A stretch of 64,000 bases of DNA from the NCBI GenBank assembly GCA_002269645.1, contig NIVC01002177.1:62001-126000 (forward strand), written 5' to 3'. The translations under genes and the position numbers were made by a program. This document shows, piece after piece, positions 1-12,690 of this stretch. The stretch comes from Macrostomum lignano. Taxonomy: Eukaryota. The notes under the pieces are model-generated. The model was not told where the DNA came from. It did not search any database and was given only the letters and a program-made list of their open reading frames with translations. Within the stretch, counting starts at the first letter, position 1, and each line of letters opens with the position of its first letter.

Positions 1-644
1 TAAAATAGTTTGTGCGAAAAACTTTGCGCACTTACGCTAGGTAGCTACATGTATTTTCAAAGCTAAAGCTCTATTTGCATTGCTGATGTTGTTAGTTTAA
101 AAAATGCGATGGAATAAAAAACTAAGAGAAATATTAATAAAATCCGGCTACTGTGAGAAGCGAAAATACTTCTTCACAAAGTAAGTTTATATTAGGATCC
201 GTAAATTAGGAAAATCCGGAAAATTTCCGGCTTTACTAAAACGTAAAGTGAATCAGCTTAAATATTTTTAGCCAGAAGCTCTGTTTTTTATAGCTAAATA
301 GATAGAAGTAGAATTATTTACAAATTAGTATTTAATTTGTGCTATTTACTTTTTCTGAGCATTTCGTTATAATGTACTAATTCTTGAAACTAGATGTGTG
401 CATGGTGATGTTATACTGTGACTTTACTAAACAGCACTAATTTCTTAACTTGCACATCACCTTTTCGTTATCCTGGAATTTAGAAACAAATAGTATTTGA
501 AGTTAAAAAGGACTCCTCAGTATTTACTTACGGCAATTCAATGGTGTTAATAAAGGTTTGTCGGCAAAAAACAAAAGTTAAACTTAAAATCTGACGAGTG
601 GCACAAAATTTAATAACCATCAAATTGTGAAAAAAAATTCTAAC

Positions 645-3600
645 CTTTTTAAACGCCGAAAAGCCTTGATCGTCTTCGCCCGTGACCGCAACCGCCGCTT
701 TGGCCTCCATCTCCGCCTTGAATTCCATCAGAGTCTCCTGTGTGTATTCGTATTTCCTGCGGGCGACGCCAGTTTAAAATATGGCTTCAGTCCGCTGTTC
801 TCTACTCTTAGTAGCGAAATTGAGACGTTCTGATCAGAAAATGAACAATCATGCGGCGCTGTCATTGAGGGTGCTGTTTTTATGTGCTGCTACCCTTGGG
901 ATACTGTTTTTTACGAGGTGCTGACTTTGGGATGTGCTGTTTTTATGCAGTGCTGTCTCTGGGGTGCTGTTTTTTTGAGGCGCCATTCCTTCAGAAGCGC
1001 CTCTGGATCCACCCCTGCTGGATGTGTTTACTTCATGCTACACAATGACAACGCCAGGCCCTAAACTCACTTCTCCGGAGTCTCTGTTGAGTGCATAGTC
1101 AGTTTTGGCGGCAGCGGCTTGCGGTCGTCAGGACGCAAGCGCAGCTGAATGGCTTCGAGCTGTTGCAGCTTGGCGTTGAGCTCCTGGACCAGCTGCTTCT
1201 TGCGATCGCGTAGGGCAACAAGACGCCGGTTGAAGTCGCACTTGTGCTGGTAAGCCTGAGTGATGTCAATGTTGGTTTGGTTATAAACTAATGTCAATTT
1301 TGATTAGAGACGTGTGCTCAATGCAGACGACATCGTGTGATCTTAATGTCGAAGAGGGTAGGAAAAAAGTGAATACGAAAAATATGCTTGCTAAAAATTC
1401 AATCATTTTTTGTCATGGTGAATTCTCTAAATCGAATGCCGAACCGCTGTGAAAGTTTTGTTTGGATGAAGTGCATTTACACGACGTAATTATAATTTAC
1501 CTGACCCTCAAGGTCGAGGGCTATTTTGTGTATCCGAAGAGCCGGAGTATGGAACTACATGTAAAGACATGTTATCTTGTTAGATACGTTTGTGTTAAGT
1601 TGCAACTGGATGGATGCAGTTTCTTTAGTACTTTCGTTACCCATTGCTTCTTCCAGGCCACACAGACAGTCAGCTATATGTACCTACCCATCTAGGCCAC
1701 AGAGTCACCCACTCCCATCCAGGCCACAGAGCCACCCACCCTCATCCAGGCCACAGAGCCACCCACCCCTATCTAGGCCACAGAGCCACCCACCCCTATC
1801 TAGGCCACAGAGCCACCCACCCCTATCCAGGCCACAGAGCCACCCACCCCTATCTAGGCCACAGAGTCACCCACCCCTATCTAGGCCACAGAGCCACCCA
1901 CCCCTATCTAGGCCACAGAGTCACCCACCCCTATCTAGGCCACAGAGCCACCCACCCCTATCTAGGCCACAGAGCCACCCACCCCTATCTAGGCCATAGA
2001 GGCACCCACCCCTATCTAGGCCACAGAGCAACCCACCCCTATCTAGGCCACAGAGCCACCCACCCCTATCTAGGCCACAGAGCCATCCACCCCTATCTAG
2101 GCCACAGAGCCACCCACCCCTATCTAGGCCATAGAGGCACCCACCCCTATCTAGGCCACAGAGCCACCCACCCCTATCTAGGCCACAGAGCAACCCACCC
2201 CTATCTAGGCCACAGAGCCATCCACCCCTATCTAGGCCACAGAGCCACCCACCCCTATCTAGGCCATAGAGGCACCCAACCCCCATCCAATCCACAGAGC
2301 CACCCACCCCCATCCAGGCCACAGAGCCACCCCACCTTTTCATCCAGGTCGATCAGTTTCTGCCTGGCCTTATCGGAGCTCAGCCGCAGATGCGGCGGCA
2401 CCACATAATCGCCGGCGGATTTCAGTTTAAAATCGCCCATATTGTCACGAGCCTCCTGGATGGCGCGAACGTCCTCGGGATCGTCGTAATCGTCGGACGG
2501 TTTGCTCTGCTCCAGCTCCTGGCGCTCCTGCCTGCGCTGAGCTCGCTTGCGCTTCTTCTCCTCCACTTTGCGCAGCTGACGAAGGATTCTCTCGCCTCGG
2601 GCGCCTTTCAAGTTGGACTTGAATAGCGGCGAGTCCTCCTCCTTCTCGGCGGAGGCCTCCAATGTGACTTCCTCTGCGATTATTTGGAATGGGAACATTT
2701 AAGGTCAAGGCTTACTTGACTTCACAAACCTAAAAATATAATCTAAATAATTATAATTTTGAAATCTTTATTAGCCAAATCAACTGGCGGAACAATTATA
2801 GAATGGAAAGCAAAATCTTAAATGTTTTTTTTACGTTTAAAGAAAATTATAACAAATCAAAAAGTTCATGCGAGGTGCAAAATGTAGAATGTAAAATGCT
2901 TTTTCGTTCAAAATTTTTGCATACATAGTCGAGCATCTAGATAGCAATCAGTGGTGCAGTGCAAATCAGAAACGATATCTGCAGATATAGCTTTACTTCA
3001 ATTTGAACTGGCGCCAAAATCGACGGCCAGCCAATCAGGAATCGCGGCAGTATTACGGTGCATTAAATAGCATTAAGAATTGGTGTGCGCCGGATTCAGC
3101 TAGGGATTGGAAAAGCCAAGAGAAAATCGATAACTCAAAGACAAGTTCATGCCGTGGTGCTGCTTCAAGTTTGTGCTTCTTTATAGAACAGCTTATAAAA
3201 CTGACAGATCTCTGCCTCAGGCCGCGGTCAGATGAAAGCAAATACTGTAGAAAAATCTTACTCTGCGCAGTCGCGATTACTTCGCGATGAATCTGCAGTC
3301 TCTGCTCTGAAAGAATTGCCATATTAATCATTACCCGGCTACTGTTAGTAATATAATTTGGATCTGATTAGTAAATATTTGTGCCAACTTGTGAGACCAA
3401 AGGGTGTGCCAGACTTCAACTCTATTGATATAAGTTTTCAATTTTCATTATGCATTTCTCATAATTAGTTAGTGGTTATCAAATTATCAGAAATTTTCTA
3501 AACGATAGCTTTTGTATAAAACCTGGTTTTTTGTAATTGGCATAAATTTAGTTTAGAACTTTGTTGGGTTAGTAAACTTGTTATTAGCAAATTTAAAATG

Positions 3601-6600
3601 TTGCATATGCAATATTTAATTAGATGAAGTCAAACAATTTAAAGACTGGTTTGATTACGTTGATCTGAAAGATTGGATGGAAAAGAGTGAAGAAAAAAAT
3701 GTAAATTGGCTTGATTGCAACGTAATATAATATTAGGATAAAGACCAGAGGGTAAAGACCAGAGGATAGAGACCAGAGGGTAGACACCAGAGGGTAGACA
3801 CCAGAGGGTAGACACCAGAGGGTAGACACCAGAGGGTAGACACCAGAGGGTAGACACCAGAGGGTAGACACCAGAGGGTAGACACCAGAGGGTAGACACC
3901 AGAGGGTAGACACCAGAGGGTAGACACCAGAGGGTAGACACCAGAGGGTAGACACCAGAGGGTAGACACCAGAGGGTAGACACCAGAGGGTAGACACCAG
4001 AGGGTAGACACCAGAGGGTAGACACCAGAGGGTAGACACCAGAGGGTAGACACCAGAGGGTAGACACCAGAGGGTAGACACCAGAGGGTAGACACCAGAG
4101 GGTAGACACCAGAGGGTAGACACCAGAGGGTAGACACCAGAGGGTAGACACCAGAGGGTAGACACCAGAGGGTAGACACCAGAGGGTAGACACCAGAGGG
4201 TAGACACCAGAGGGTAGACACCAGAGGGTAGACACCAGAGGGTAGACACCAGAGGGTAGACACCAGAGGGTAGACACCAGAGGGTAGACACCAGAGGGTA
4301 GACACCAGAGGGTAGACACCAGAGGGTAGACACCAGAGGGTAGACACCAGAGGGTAGACACCAGAGGGTAGACACCAGAGGGTAGACACCAGAGGGTAGA
4401 CACCAGAGGGTAGACACCAGAGGGTAGACACCAGAGGGTAGACACCAGAGGGTAGACACCAGAGGGTAGACACCAGAGGGTAGACACCAGAGGGTAGACA
4501 CCAGAGGGTAGACACCAGAGGGTAGACACCAGAGGGTAGACACCAGAGGGTAGACACCAGAGGGTAGACACCAGAGGATAGACACCATAGGGTAGAGAAA
4601 AGAGACCAGAGGGTAGAGAACAGAGGGTAGAGGACAGAGGGCAGAGGACAGTGGGCAGAGGACAGTGGGCAGAGGACAGAGGGCAGAGGACAGTGGGCAG
4701 AGGACATAGGTCAGAGAGCAGAGCAGTGAGCATTGGCACAGGGTGACTCTATTAGACGCACTGAGGTTGCGCAGGCCCTCCTAGCTCACTCCCCTAAACT
4801 GTAAGTCAGCCAGAGAACTCACTGGCAGACAGCAGCGTAGCATCCCTAGTAGCGTCCTTCTGACTCGCCAGCGTCCTCTTTTTTTCCATCTCCTCCTTGA
4901 GCCGGTTGAAGGCTTCGCTAAGCTTAGATGTTCGAATTGAGGCCACCTCGTGGTCGCTCTCGATGGCCCGAACCACCACCAGATCGCATTCCAGCTCGTC
5001 GAGGAATCGCTTGCGCAGCTTATTCAGGGCAATCTGACAGCGCTCCGACTCCCAGGCCAGTTCGCGTTCAACTAAATGAACCTTCTGCTTGCGCTGCTCC
5101 TGCATGTCCAGCTTCAGCTGGGGCACCATCTCAAACTCGCGTTGGCGAAGTTGGATTCGTTCTGGTAGAGCCTAAAAATGGAAGCAGCAACTATGATATG
5201 GCTTGCTGCGGGATCTTCTGAATGGATTGCAGCAAAGCAGCACCAACTTGACAGTCTTTGGATGCAGGGGACGTTCTAAGGTATGAGGAGACAGAGCAAC
5301 TCGTCCAAAGTCACTGGATACTGAAAAAGGTATCAGGAGACAGAGCAACTCGTCCATAGTCGCTAGATGCAGAGGAAGGTATCAGGAGACAGAGCAACTC
5401 GTCCAGAGTCACTTCATGCAGAGGAAGGTATCAGGAGACAGAGCAACTCGTCCAGAGTCACTTCATGCAGAGGAAGGTATCAGAAGACAGAGCAACCCGT
5501 CCAGAGTCACTTCATGCAGAGGAAGGTATCAGGAGACAGAGCAACTCGTCCAGAGTCACTTCATGCAGAGGAAGGTATCAGGAGACAGAGCAACTCGTCC
5601 AGAGTCACTTCATGCAGAGGAAGGTATCAGGAGACAGAGCAACTCGTCCAGAGTCACTTCATGCAGAGGAAGGTATCAGGAGACAGAGCAACTCGTCCAG
5701 AGTCACTTCATGCAGAGGAAGGTATCAGGAGACAGAGCAACTCGTCCAGAGTCACTTCATGCAGAGGAAGGTATCAGGAGACAGAGCAACTCGTCCAGAG
5801 TCACTTCATGCAGAGGAAGGTATCAGGAGACAGAGCAACTCGTCCAGAGTCACTTCATGCAGAGGAAGGTATCAGGAGACAGAGCAACTCGTCCAGAGTC
5901 ACTTCATGCAGAGAAAGGTATCAGGATACAGGTCAACTCGTCCAGAGTCACTGGATGCACTAAATGCAGAGGAAGGTATCAGGAGACAGAGCAACTCGTC
6001 CAGAGTCGCTGGATGCAAAGGAGGGTTTAAAGTTTCAAGAGGCAAAGCGACTTGTCCAGAGTCATCAGAAGACAGAGAAACTCCTGTTTCCAGTTTCACT
6101 CACCTGGTTGAGCTCCTTAAGCTTGCGGAATTCCACCCGAAGCTCGTTAACACGCCGACGAATTCCTGCCTTTTTCTCCTCGGCCAATTTCACCCGCCGG
6201 TCATGCTCGGACTTCTGCTTGTCCTCCTCGATGCTGTACGCTCCGGGATCATCAATGTCGTCGCCGCGTTGAATTCGCTTGGCTGATGGCAGCACCGCGG
6301 CTTTGGCTTTGGCCGCGGCAGCCTGTCGCTCCTGTTGACGATAAATGTAGTGAGGATTATTTAGTAGCAAATAGAATTTTATCGCTTACTACTATAAGTA
6401 GCTTTTAGTTGGCGAAATGTTCTCGGGTTTTTGAAGGGAGCTCCTTCCATCGATGCTCGATGAAATCTAAAGATTCGCTAAAGATCATGCGATTTTCCGT
6501 AGCTACAATAGTCTCACCTGCATCTCCTCCTCGGGCATGATGTTGTACACAAAATAGTTGCCGTCCCGGCCAACGCTGATCAGGTAGGCGTCGTCGTGGC

Positions 6601-9600
6601 TCGGACAGATGCCGGTCACGGCGCCATAGTCGTTGTCGTGCATCGGCAGGCACCACTGGCTGGTCATGCTGCCGATGTCGAACGGCGTGTCGAGCAGCTG
6701 CACACGGACGCTGCCGTCCTGCATGCCGAGGTACGCCCGCCGGCCGGACTTGCTGAAGCTGATCACCGACACGGGCACATCTGACGAGTCCTTCACCGTC
6801 ACGCTGTGCACCGGCTCGCGTTTGGCCGCTTCAAAATCTTTCGGAGCTTCGGCCGGGTACTCGCACCTGTACAGGTAGCCGGAGTCGAAGCCGCCCATGG
6901 AGAGCCAGAAGGCGTTCTGCTGATTGTCGGGCACCAGACCGCACAGGATCGGCGACGGCTCCTCTGGATAATAAGGCTCCCACTGCTGCTCCTCTGCGCG
7001 GCGCTTGGCGATCTCCTTCTCCTGTAAGAAAATTTTGACAAATTTTTATGCAAACGTGTACTCGTTCTCAAAGCGTGAAGTTTAGGTAAGATCTTCTCGT
7101 GCGTTGGCCGAAAGCAATGACGAGAAATATGTGACTCCTATAGGGTTGCTTAGCATCTATCGTAACGCGAGTCTGTTTTGCATCCGACTCTTGCGTCGGG
7201 TGATTGGGGCAAATGAAGGTCAAACCCAAATGCGCATAGAGTGGATGAGCGTCTACACTCTTGTACATATACCTGTACGTACCCGTGTGCTTTCCGTGTG
7301 CTCAGGGGTCAGTATACTACTTATCTACTTGATGAGATGTCAAGACTCATTAGGGGATAACTAAAATGCTGTGGCTCATGGAAAAGGGGGGGTCTTCCTG
7401 AAATTCCAAGGGTCAATTGGGAGTTTTTGGCGAGGCCTAGCCAAAGGCAGATCAGAGGGACAATTATGGTTAAGCCATGGCTGAAAGTGAGGCTTTTATG
7501 CCAAAGCTCACAGGGAATGCTGATATCTTAGTCTAAATAGTTGGCTTTTGGTTTAAACATCATTTTCCATAGTTTATGCAATAGCAACTGTACAAGGTCG
7601 AAAGCTACATGTAGCTTATTAAAAATCTCCTTTCTTTGTTTCCTCCCCAACGGAGAGTGCAGATTGCTATAGTAGCGCCTAAAATCATTGCGCCTAGTAG
7701 TATACATCTCCGGACTCGAACCCAGGATCTCCGACTTAAGATTTCCGTGCTATGACAATCATTAAACTCTCAAAAACATTATTCGATGCTAAACCTCCAA
7801 TGCTATAGCAAATATCAGAGAAGTAGTGCAAATTCTGTACATTCCCCTATTTGCACTGTGCTGCTTACTAATGACTTTGGGCATAGCTACGAGTACTGTA
7901 GTACATGAGAATACAACACAGAATGAATCGTCGAATCTCGTCGAGTCAACACTTTTGAGCACACGTGTAGAGGTCAAGGACTACTCAAGTAGAAGGAAAG
8001 GAAACCTCGTTTCTTGAAAAAAAATTTATGAGGCAAGTTTTTTTCAAAAAAAATACACCACGGAGATAGGAAGTTTTCATTTTTTTCAGCACAAAAATTG
8101 CTATTGCTTTCGATAGGAGGCAGACCCAATGCTCATCTTTTGATATTTTGTACCTTTCTTATAGCTCTATTGATATTCATAGGAGCTTTTCGTTCAGAAA
8201 ATTAGGATTCTATGTTAATTTTTTATTCTACGTAATTCCCTGTACCTACAAATCATCATAAAAAATGCATGGCTAAGCTCGACTCCATGGTTTTATGAAT
8301 CTGTTTTATCATATCTGTTACACATATTGTTAGTCAGCTGAGAATGATGAAATAGGTTCATAAAACCAATGAGTTGAGCCGTGCCATTTTAATGGTTTTT
8401 CAGGCACAGGACATGTTCAAATGTACGTAGAATAAAAAATATCCAGGACAGAAACGAGGTCTCCTGTCCTACTTGAATAGTCTTTGATAGAGGTGTGCAA
8501 CAGTGCAACGTTTTACCAACTTTTGACTCTCATTTTGGTACTCAAGCCGACAGTCTTTTCGTATTTGATTAATTTCCTCTAATTTCCGTCAAGTCGTTAA
8601 GTCTTAAAAATCGCTGAAAATGAACGATAAATTTGATGAAAAGCGCGCACACAGTGACAGCTTGATTTGAGCCAAGGGTTCGTTAGCTGGGGAAGGTATT
8701 CGTGACAAAATTTGAAGTTCACTCTTTATAAAACTCGCACAGAGTGACTTTGCTTGCAGCTCTTCGTAGCCTTACAACTTTTACAGCCTCTCGAGTTTCC
8801 AATTCCTTAATGACGGACTAAAATTGCAGCGCAAAAGTTTTCATGCTTGAGAATCTGTACTAGATAATTAAATAATTAAACTATCAAGGACATACCGTAC
8901 TAGTAAGTTATTTTTCAACAGTTGCGCTTGCGGTACGATTCTAAATATCTATTTGCACTACTTATAAATAAGTAGCTTTATTTCGAATTTCTCGATCTTG
9001 ACCAATATAGGCTTGCAGAAACTTCTTACGATCTGAAGAATGCGGCAGGTGTAAAACAACAACACACTCACCTCGTCCTCCACCTCTTTGGCCTGCTCCT
9101 CCTCCGTCTGCAGGCCCCGTTCCAGCTTTCTCTTTCGCTCCTCGGCACGCCGCTTCATCTCCTCGGCCTCCAGGCGATGGATCTCCTCCAGCTCCTCGGC
9201 TCGGCGCAGTTTGGACTTGACGCTGGCGAAGACGAAGCGCTGCTTCACGTCGAAGCCGGCCAGCTCGTAGGTGACAGATGCGTCCACTTTGGCCGGGTCC
9301 GGACAGTCGAAGTCGCAGACTCGGCCGTCGGTGAAGAACACGCGGACCTGGTCGGGCTGCTGGTCGCTGCCGGAGGACAGCCAGGCCAGCTGGGCTGGGT
9401 AGCCTTGGAAACGGATGAAGCCGACCGGAGTGTACTTGCTGGCCGACACGGAGAAGAAGAAGATGCTGCTCAGCTGCTCCTCGGCGTGGCTGCTCTCGTG
9501 CTCAATACCCTACAGCGAGTGAGTTGGTTTCATGAGCATTGAATCTTTCATTGAGATTGATTGCATCACAGCCAATAATCTGAGGCTTAATCCTAGTAGC

Positions 9601-12600
9601 CTGAGGATCTGAGGCTTAATCCTAGTAGCCTGAGGATCTGAGGCTTAACCCTAGTAGCCTGAGGATCTGAGGCTTAATCCTAGTAGCAATGAGGATCTGA
9701 GGCTTAATCCTAGTAGCCTGAGGATCTGAGGCTTAACCCTAGTAGCCTGAGGATCTGAGGCTTAATCCTAGTAGCCTGAGGATCTGAGGCTTAATCCTAG
9801 TAGCCTGAGGATCTGTGGCCTAATCCTAGTAGCCTGAGGATCTGAGGCTTAATCCTAGTAGCCTAAGGATCTGTGGCTTAATCCTAGTAGCTTGAGGATC
9901 TGTGGCCTAATCCTAGTAGCCTGAGGATCTGAGGCTTAATCCTAGTAGCAATGAGGATCTGAGGCTTAATCCTAGTAGCCTGAGGATCTGAGGCTTAATC
10001 CTAGTAGCCTGAGGATCTGAGGCTTAATCCTAGTAGCCTGAGGATCTGTGGCCTAATCCTAGTAGCCTGAGGATCTGAGGCTTAATCCTAGTAGCCTAAG
10101 GATCTGTGGCTTAATCCTAGTAGCTTGAGGATCTGTGGTCTAATCCTAGTAGCCTGAGGATCTGAGGCTTAATCCTAGTAGCAATGAGGATCTGAGGCTT
10201 AATCCTAGTAGCCTGAGGATCTGAGGCTTAATCCTAGTAGCCTGAGGATCTGAGGCTTAATCCTAGCACCCTGAGGATCTAAGGCTTAATCCTATTAGCA
10301 GTACTCACAGCGGTCACCAACATGTCGCCCATCTTGTCCAGCACAATGTCCACAACCCGGCCAGTGTGCGGCTTGAGCGCATCAACCAGGGTCAGCTCGG
10401 CCACCTGCTTGGCCTTCCTAGTCGGATCTGTCTCGGGATTCTCGCCGAAGCTGAGCACCCGGAGCACTCCGTCAGCGAAGCCGGCCAAAATTGTCCGACC
10501 TTTGGGGTCAACAGTCTGCGGCGCCCAGAGGATCTTGGTGCCGGATCCACTGAATCGGCTCTCAACCAGGGTCCGCTGGGCCACAAAGTCCGTGACTCGA
10601 ACGCTGCCGTCGGCGCCCAGGGTGGCAACCAGGTAGGACAGCGGCGAGGCTGCGCAGCCAGCAATAGCGCCGGCGTGGCAAGACAGAAGGCGCTCGGGCG
10701 GCTGGGCAGTATGTGAGAATGACAGGTCCAGGCGCCAGATGCCGCCGTTCGAGTCCTGCGCCAGCCACTCGCTGGAGCCCTCGTCCTCGGCGGTGGTGGT
10801 GGCATCGGCCGGGGTGACCTGCTTGACAATGTGCGCCAGTCGGACATTGTTGCCAACCTCGTAGGCGTTCATTGGGTCCATCTCGATCAGGCCGGACTCG
10901 TCGCCGGCTTCGGCGGTGTCGATCATCTCGAAGTCCCAGGTCTGGATCAGGCCGTCGATGCCGACAGTCATGAGCTCGCCGGCGTCCATCACCACCTGCG
11001 TTACGAGATAGAATTCGTCATGCTTGTAACTCTCTGTGCCTCTGATTATAATTAAAGTATGAAAGAATACTTTTGGAGCTTTGTAAAGAAGCAAAATGAA
11101 TTCTCATGAACAAAAGGAACTCACCTGAAAAATCGGGCCATTATGCGCCGGTCGCTTGCCCTTCTTAGAGATCTCAACCTTGATGAGGCCGCCGTCCCAC
11201 ACCAGCATGTTGCCCCATTCGCAGCCGCTCAGCACTTTACCGTCTGGCAATTCAACAAAGCCTTCAATATCGGAGATCTCAGTCTTGCCGAACTTGCCAA
11301 TGGCGCCCTGCAGCTTCAAGCCGGTGAAGGTTGACGCCATCTTCCAGAATCGGACGTGGCCAGTACCGGCCGTGGTCAGGAAGCCTTCAAGGTCCTGCGA
11401 CCAAGAGACCCGGTAGACGTCCTGGGAGAAGGCCTTGGACCGCAGCACGGTTCGCTCGCTGAGCCAGTCCCAGATGGTGAGCATGAAGTCTGGCTCGGAG
11501 CCAACAGTGGCCAGGTACTTGCCGCTCGGATCGAACTTGCAGTAGCAGTAGGCTCGCTCCGTGCCGCCCCGCAGTATACGGTACAGCCGCAGCGAGGGGT
11601 ATTCGTACACCAGCACGTTTGGCGCCTCGCCCTTCTCGGCCACGGCGAGGTACCGTCGGGTCGGGTGCACCGACACAAAGCCGACACCGCCGCCGCTAGA
11701 GCTGCGCAGAAATGTCTGCCGCTTGGTGGCCAGATTCACCACCTTGACCAGATTGCCGGCCACAAAGCAGACGTGCTGCTCGTCCAGGATATGCAGATTG
11801 TCCCGCTTGGTGCAGTCATAGCCGTAGGAGTAGACCAGCTGGAGCAGGTCGGCTGGCAGGCCCGAATCCTCCGTGACGCGCGGCTTCGACATAAACTCGC
11901 CGACTTCGTAGAAAAAATCTGCCGGAATGGCCGGCTTGTCCTCCTCGGCCGGCTGGTTGTCCGAGTTTGTCTCGTCGCCGCCTTCGCCTTCGTTGTCGCG
12001 CGGCGAGATGCGCCTGGCTGGCGTTGACGGCTTTTCGACTTCTTTATCCTCGTCTTCAGCCTCGCCCTCGCCTTCAGTCTCTCCCTCGCCTTTAGCCTCG
12101 CCATCGCCTTCAGCTTCGCCCTCACCTTTAGCCTCGCCCTCGCCTTCAGCTTCGCCTTCTGCCTTGTCATCGGCCTCGCCCTCAGTCTCGACTTTGCCTT
12201 CACCTTCGGCTTTCGCTTCGGTTCCATCGGCCATCGCATCCTCTTCGCCGGTGCCGCTCTCTTCGGCGGGTTCCTCTGACTCTCGCTTTGGCTTGCCTCT
12301 CGGCTTCGCCGCGATGACCTCCTCCTGCGGCTCCAGGGCCAGCAGTTCCTCAGCTGGAGCCTCGTCGGACGTTTCTTCCGACTCTTCCTTTGGCGCTGCT
12401 TCTTCGCCAGATGGGTTTTTAGCGCTCGCATCAGCAGCGATTTCTTCTTCTACTGCAGCTTTTTCGGCAACCTCTACTTCTTCTGCGGCTGTTTCAGAAA
12501 CCTCTACTTCTTCTGCTTGAGCCTGGTCTGAAGTCTCGGCTGCGTCTGCTGGGGCGTCGCTTTCTGAATTGGCCGCTTCCGGGGCCGCATCAGATGGAGC

Positions 12601-12690
12601 TTCCGCTGCCTGCTCAGCGGCGGCGTCAACTTCGGGCTCTGAGCCCTGAGGATCATTGTCCTCCTGTCTGTCCTCCGCTGTTTCTGACAT
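645..12690 (-). CDS. CFAP44: Cilia- and flagella-associated protein 44 (WD40 + coiled coil), 3'-partial
   Basis: Frame-preserving GT-AG exons: 12690-11125, 10995-10309, 9509-9072, 7021-6518, 6331-6104, 5171-4823, 2673-2336, 1255-1071, 756-645; continues left of the window. Motifs SYGYDCTKRDNL, LATVGSEPDFMLTIWDW, LSCHAGAIAG, DDIDDPGAYSIEEDKQK, ELAWESER, ARDNMGDFKLKSAGDYVVP match CFAP44 as recalled. Confidence 0.93.
1686..2335. repeat. 27-bp minisatellite (ccacccctatctaggccacagagccac), ~24 copies, CFAP44 intron
   Basis: Direct inspection; abuts the donor at 2335 and the unit resembles the exon-intron junction sequence. Confidence 0.95.
3741..4735. repeat. 14-bp minisatellite (tagacaccagaggg), ~57 near-perfect copies plus degenerate tail, CFAP44 intron
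   Basis: Period 14 read directly; explains the three overlapping STLWCLPSGVYPLV ORFs. Confidence 0.97.
5286..6065. repeat. 49-bp minisatellite (gcagaggaaggtatcaggagacagagcaactcgtccagagtcacttcat), CFAP44 intron
   Basis: ORF starts at 5367, 5416, 5465 are 49 apart; degenerate units at both ends. Confidence 0.95.
7975..8486. mobile_element. Non-autonomous foldback/MITE with CA..TG termini and imperfect 8-bp TSD (P/Galileo-like)
   Basis: Left end CAAGGACTACTCAAGTAG vs reverse complement of right end CAAAGACTATTCAAGTAG; flanks gtagaggt (7967-7974) and atagaggt (8487-8494); inner inverted arms 8219-8299 vs 8357-8439. Confidence 0.7.
9579..10290. repeat. 29-bp minisatellite (ctgaggcttaatcctagtagcctgaggat), ~24 copies, CFAP44 intron
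   Basis: Direct inspection; begins within ~20 bp of the donor at 10308 and fills most of the intron. Confidence 0.96.

Noticed and set aside
2960-3310. Possible MITE in CFAP44 intron 6
   Set aside because: Only an 8-bp inverted match (ctgcagat) and no TSD.
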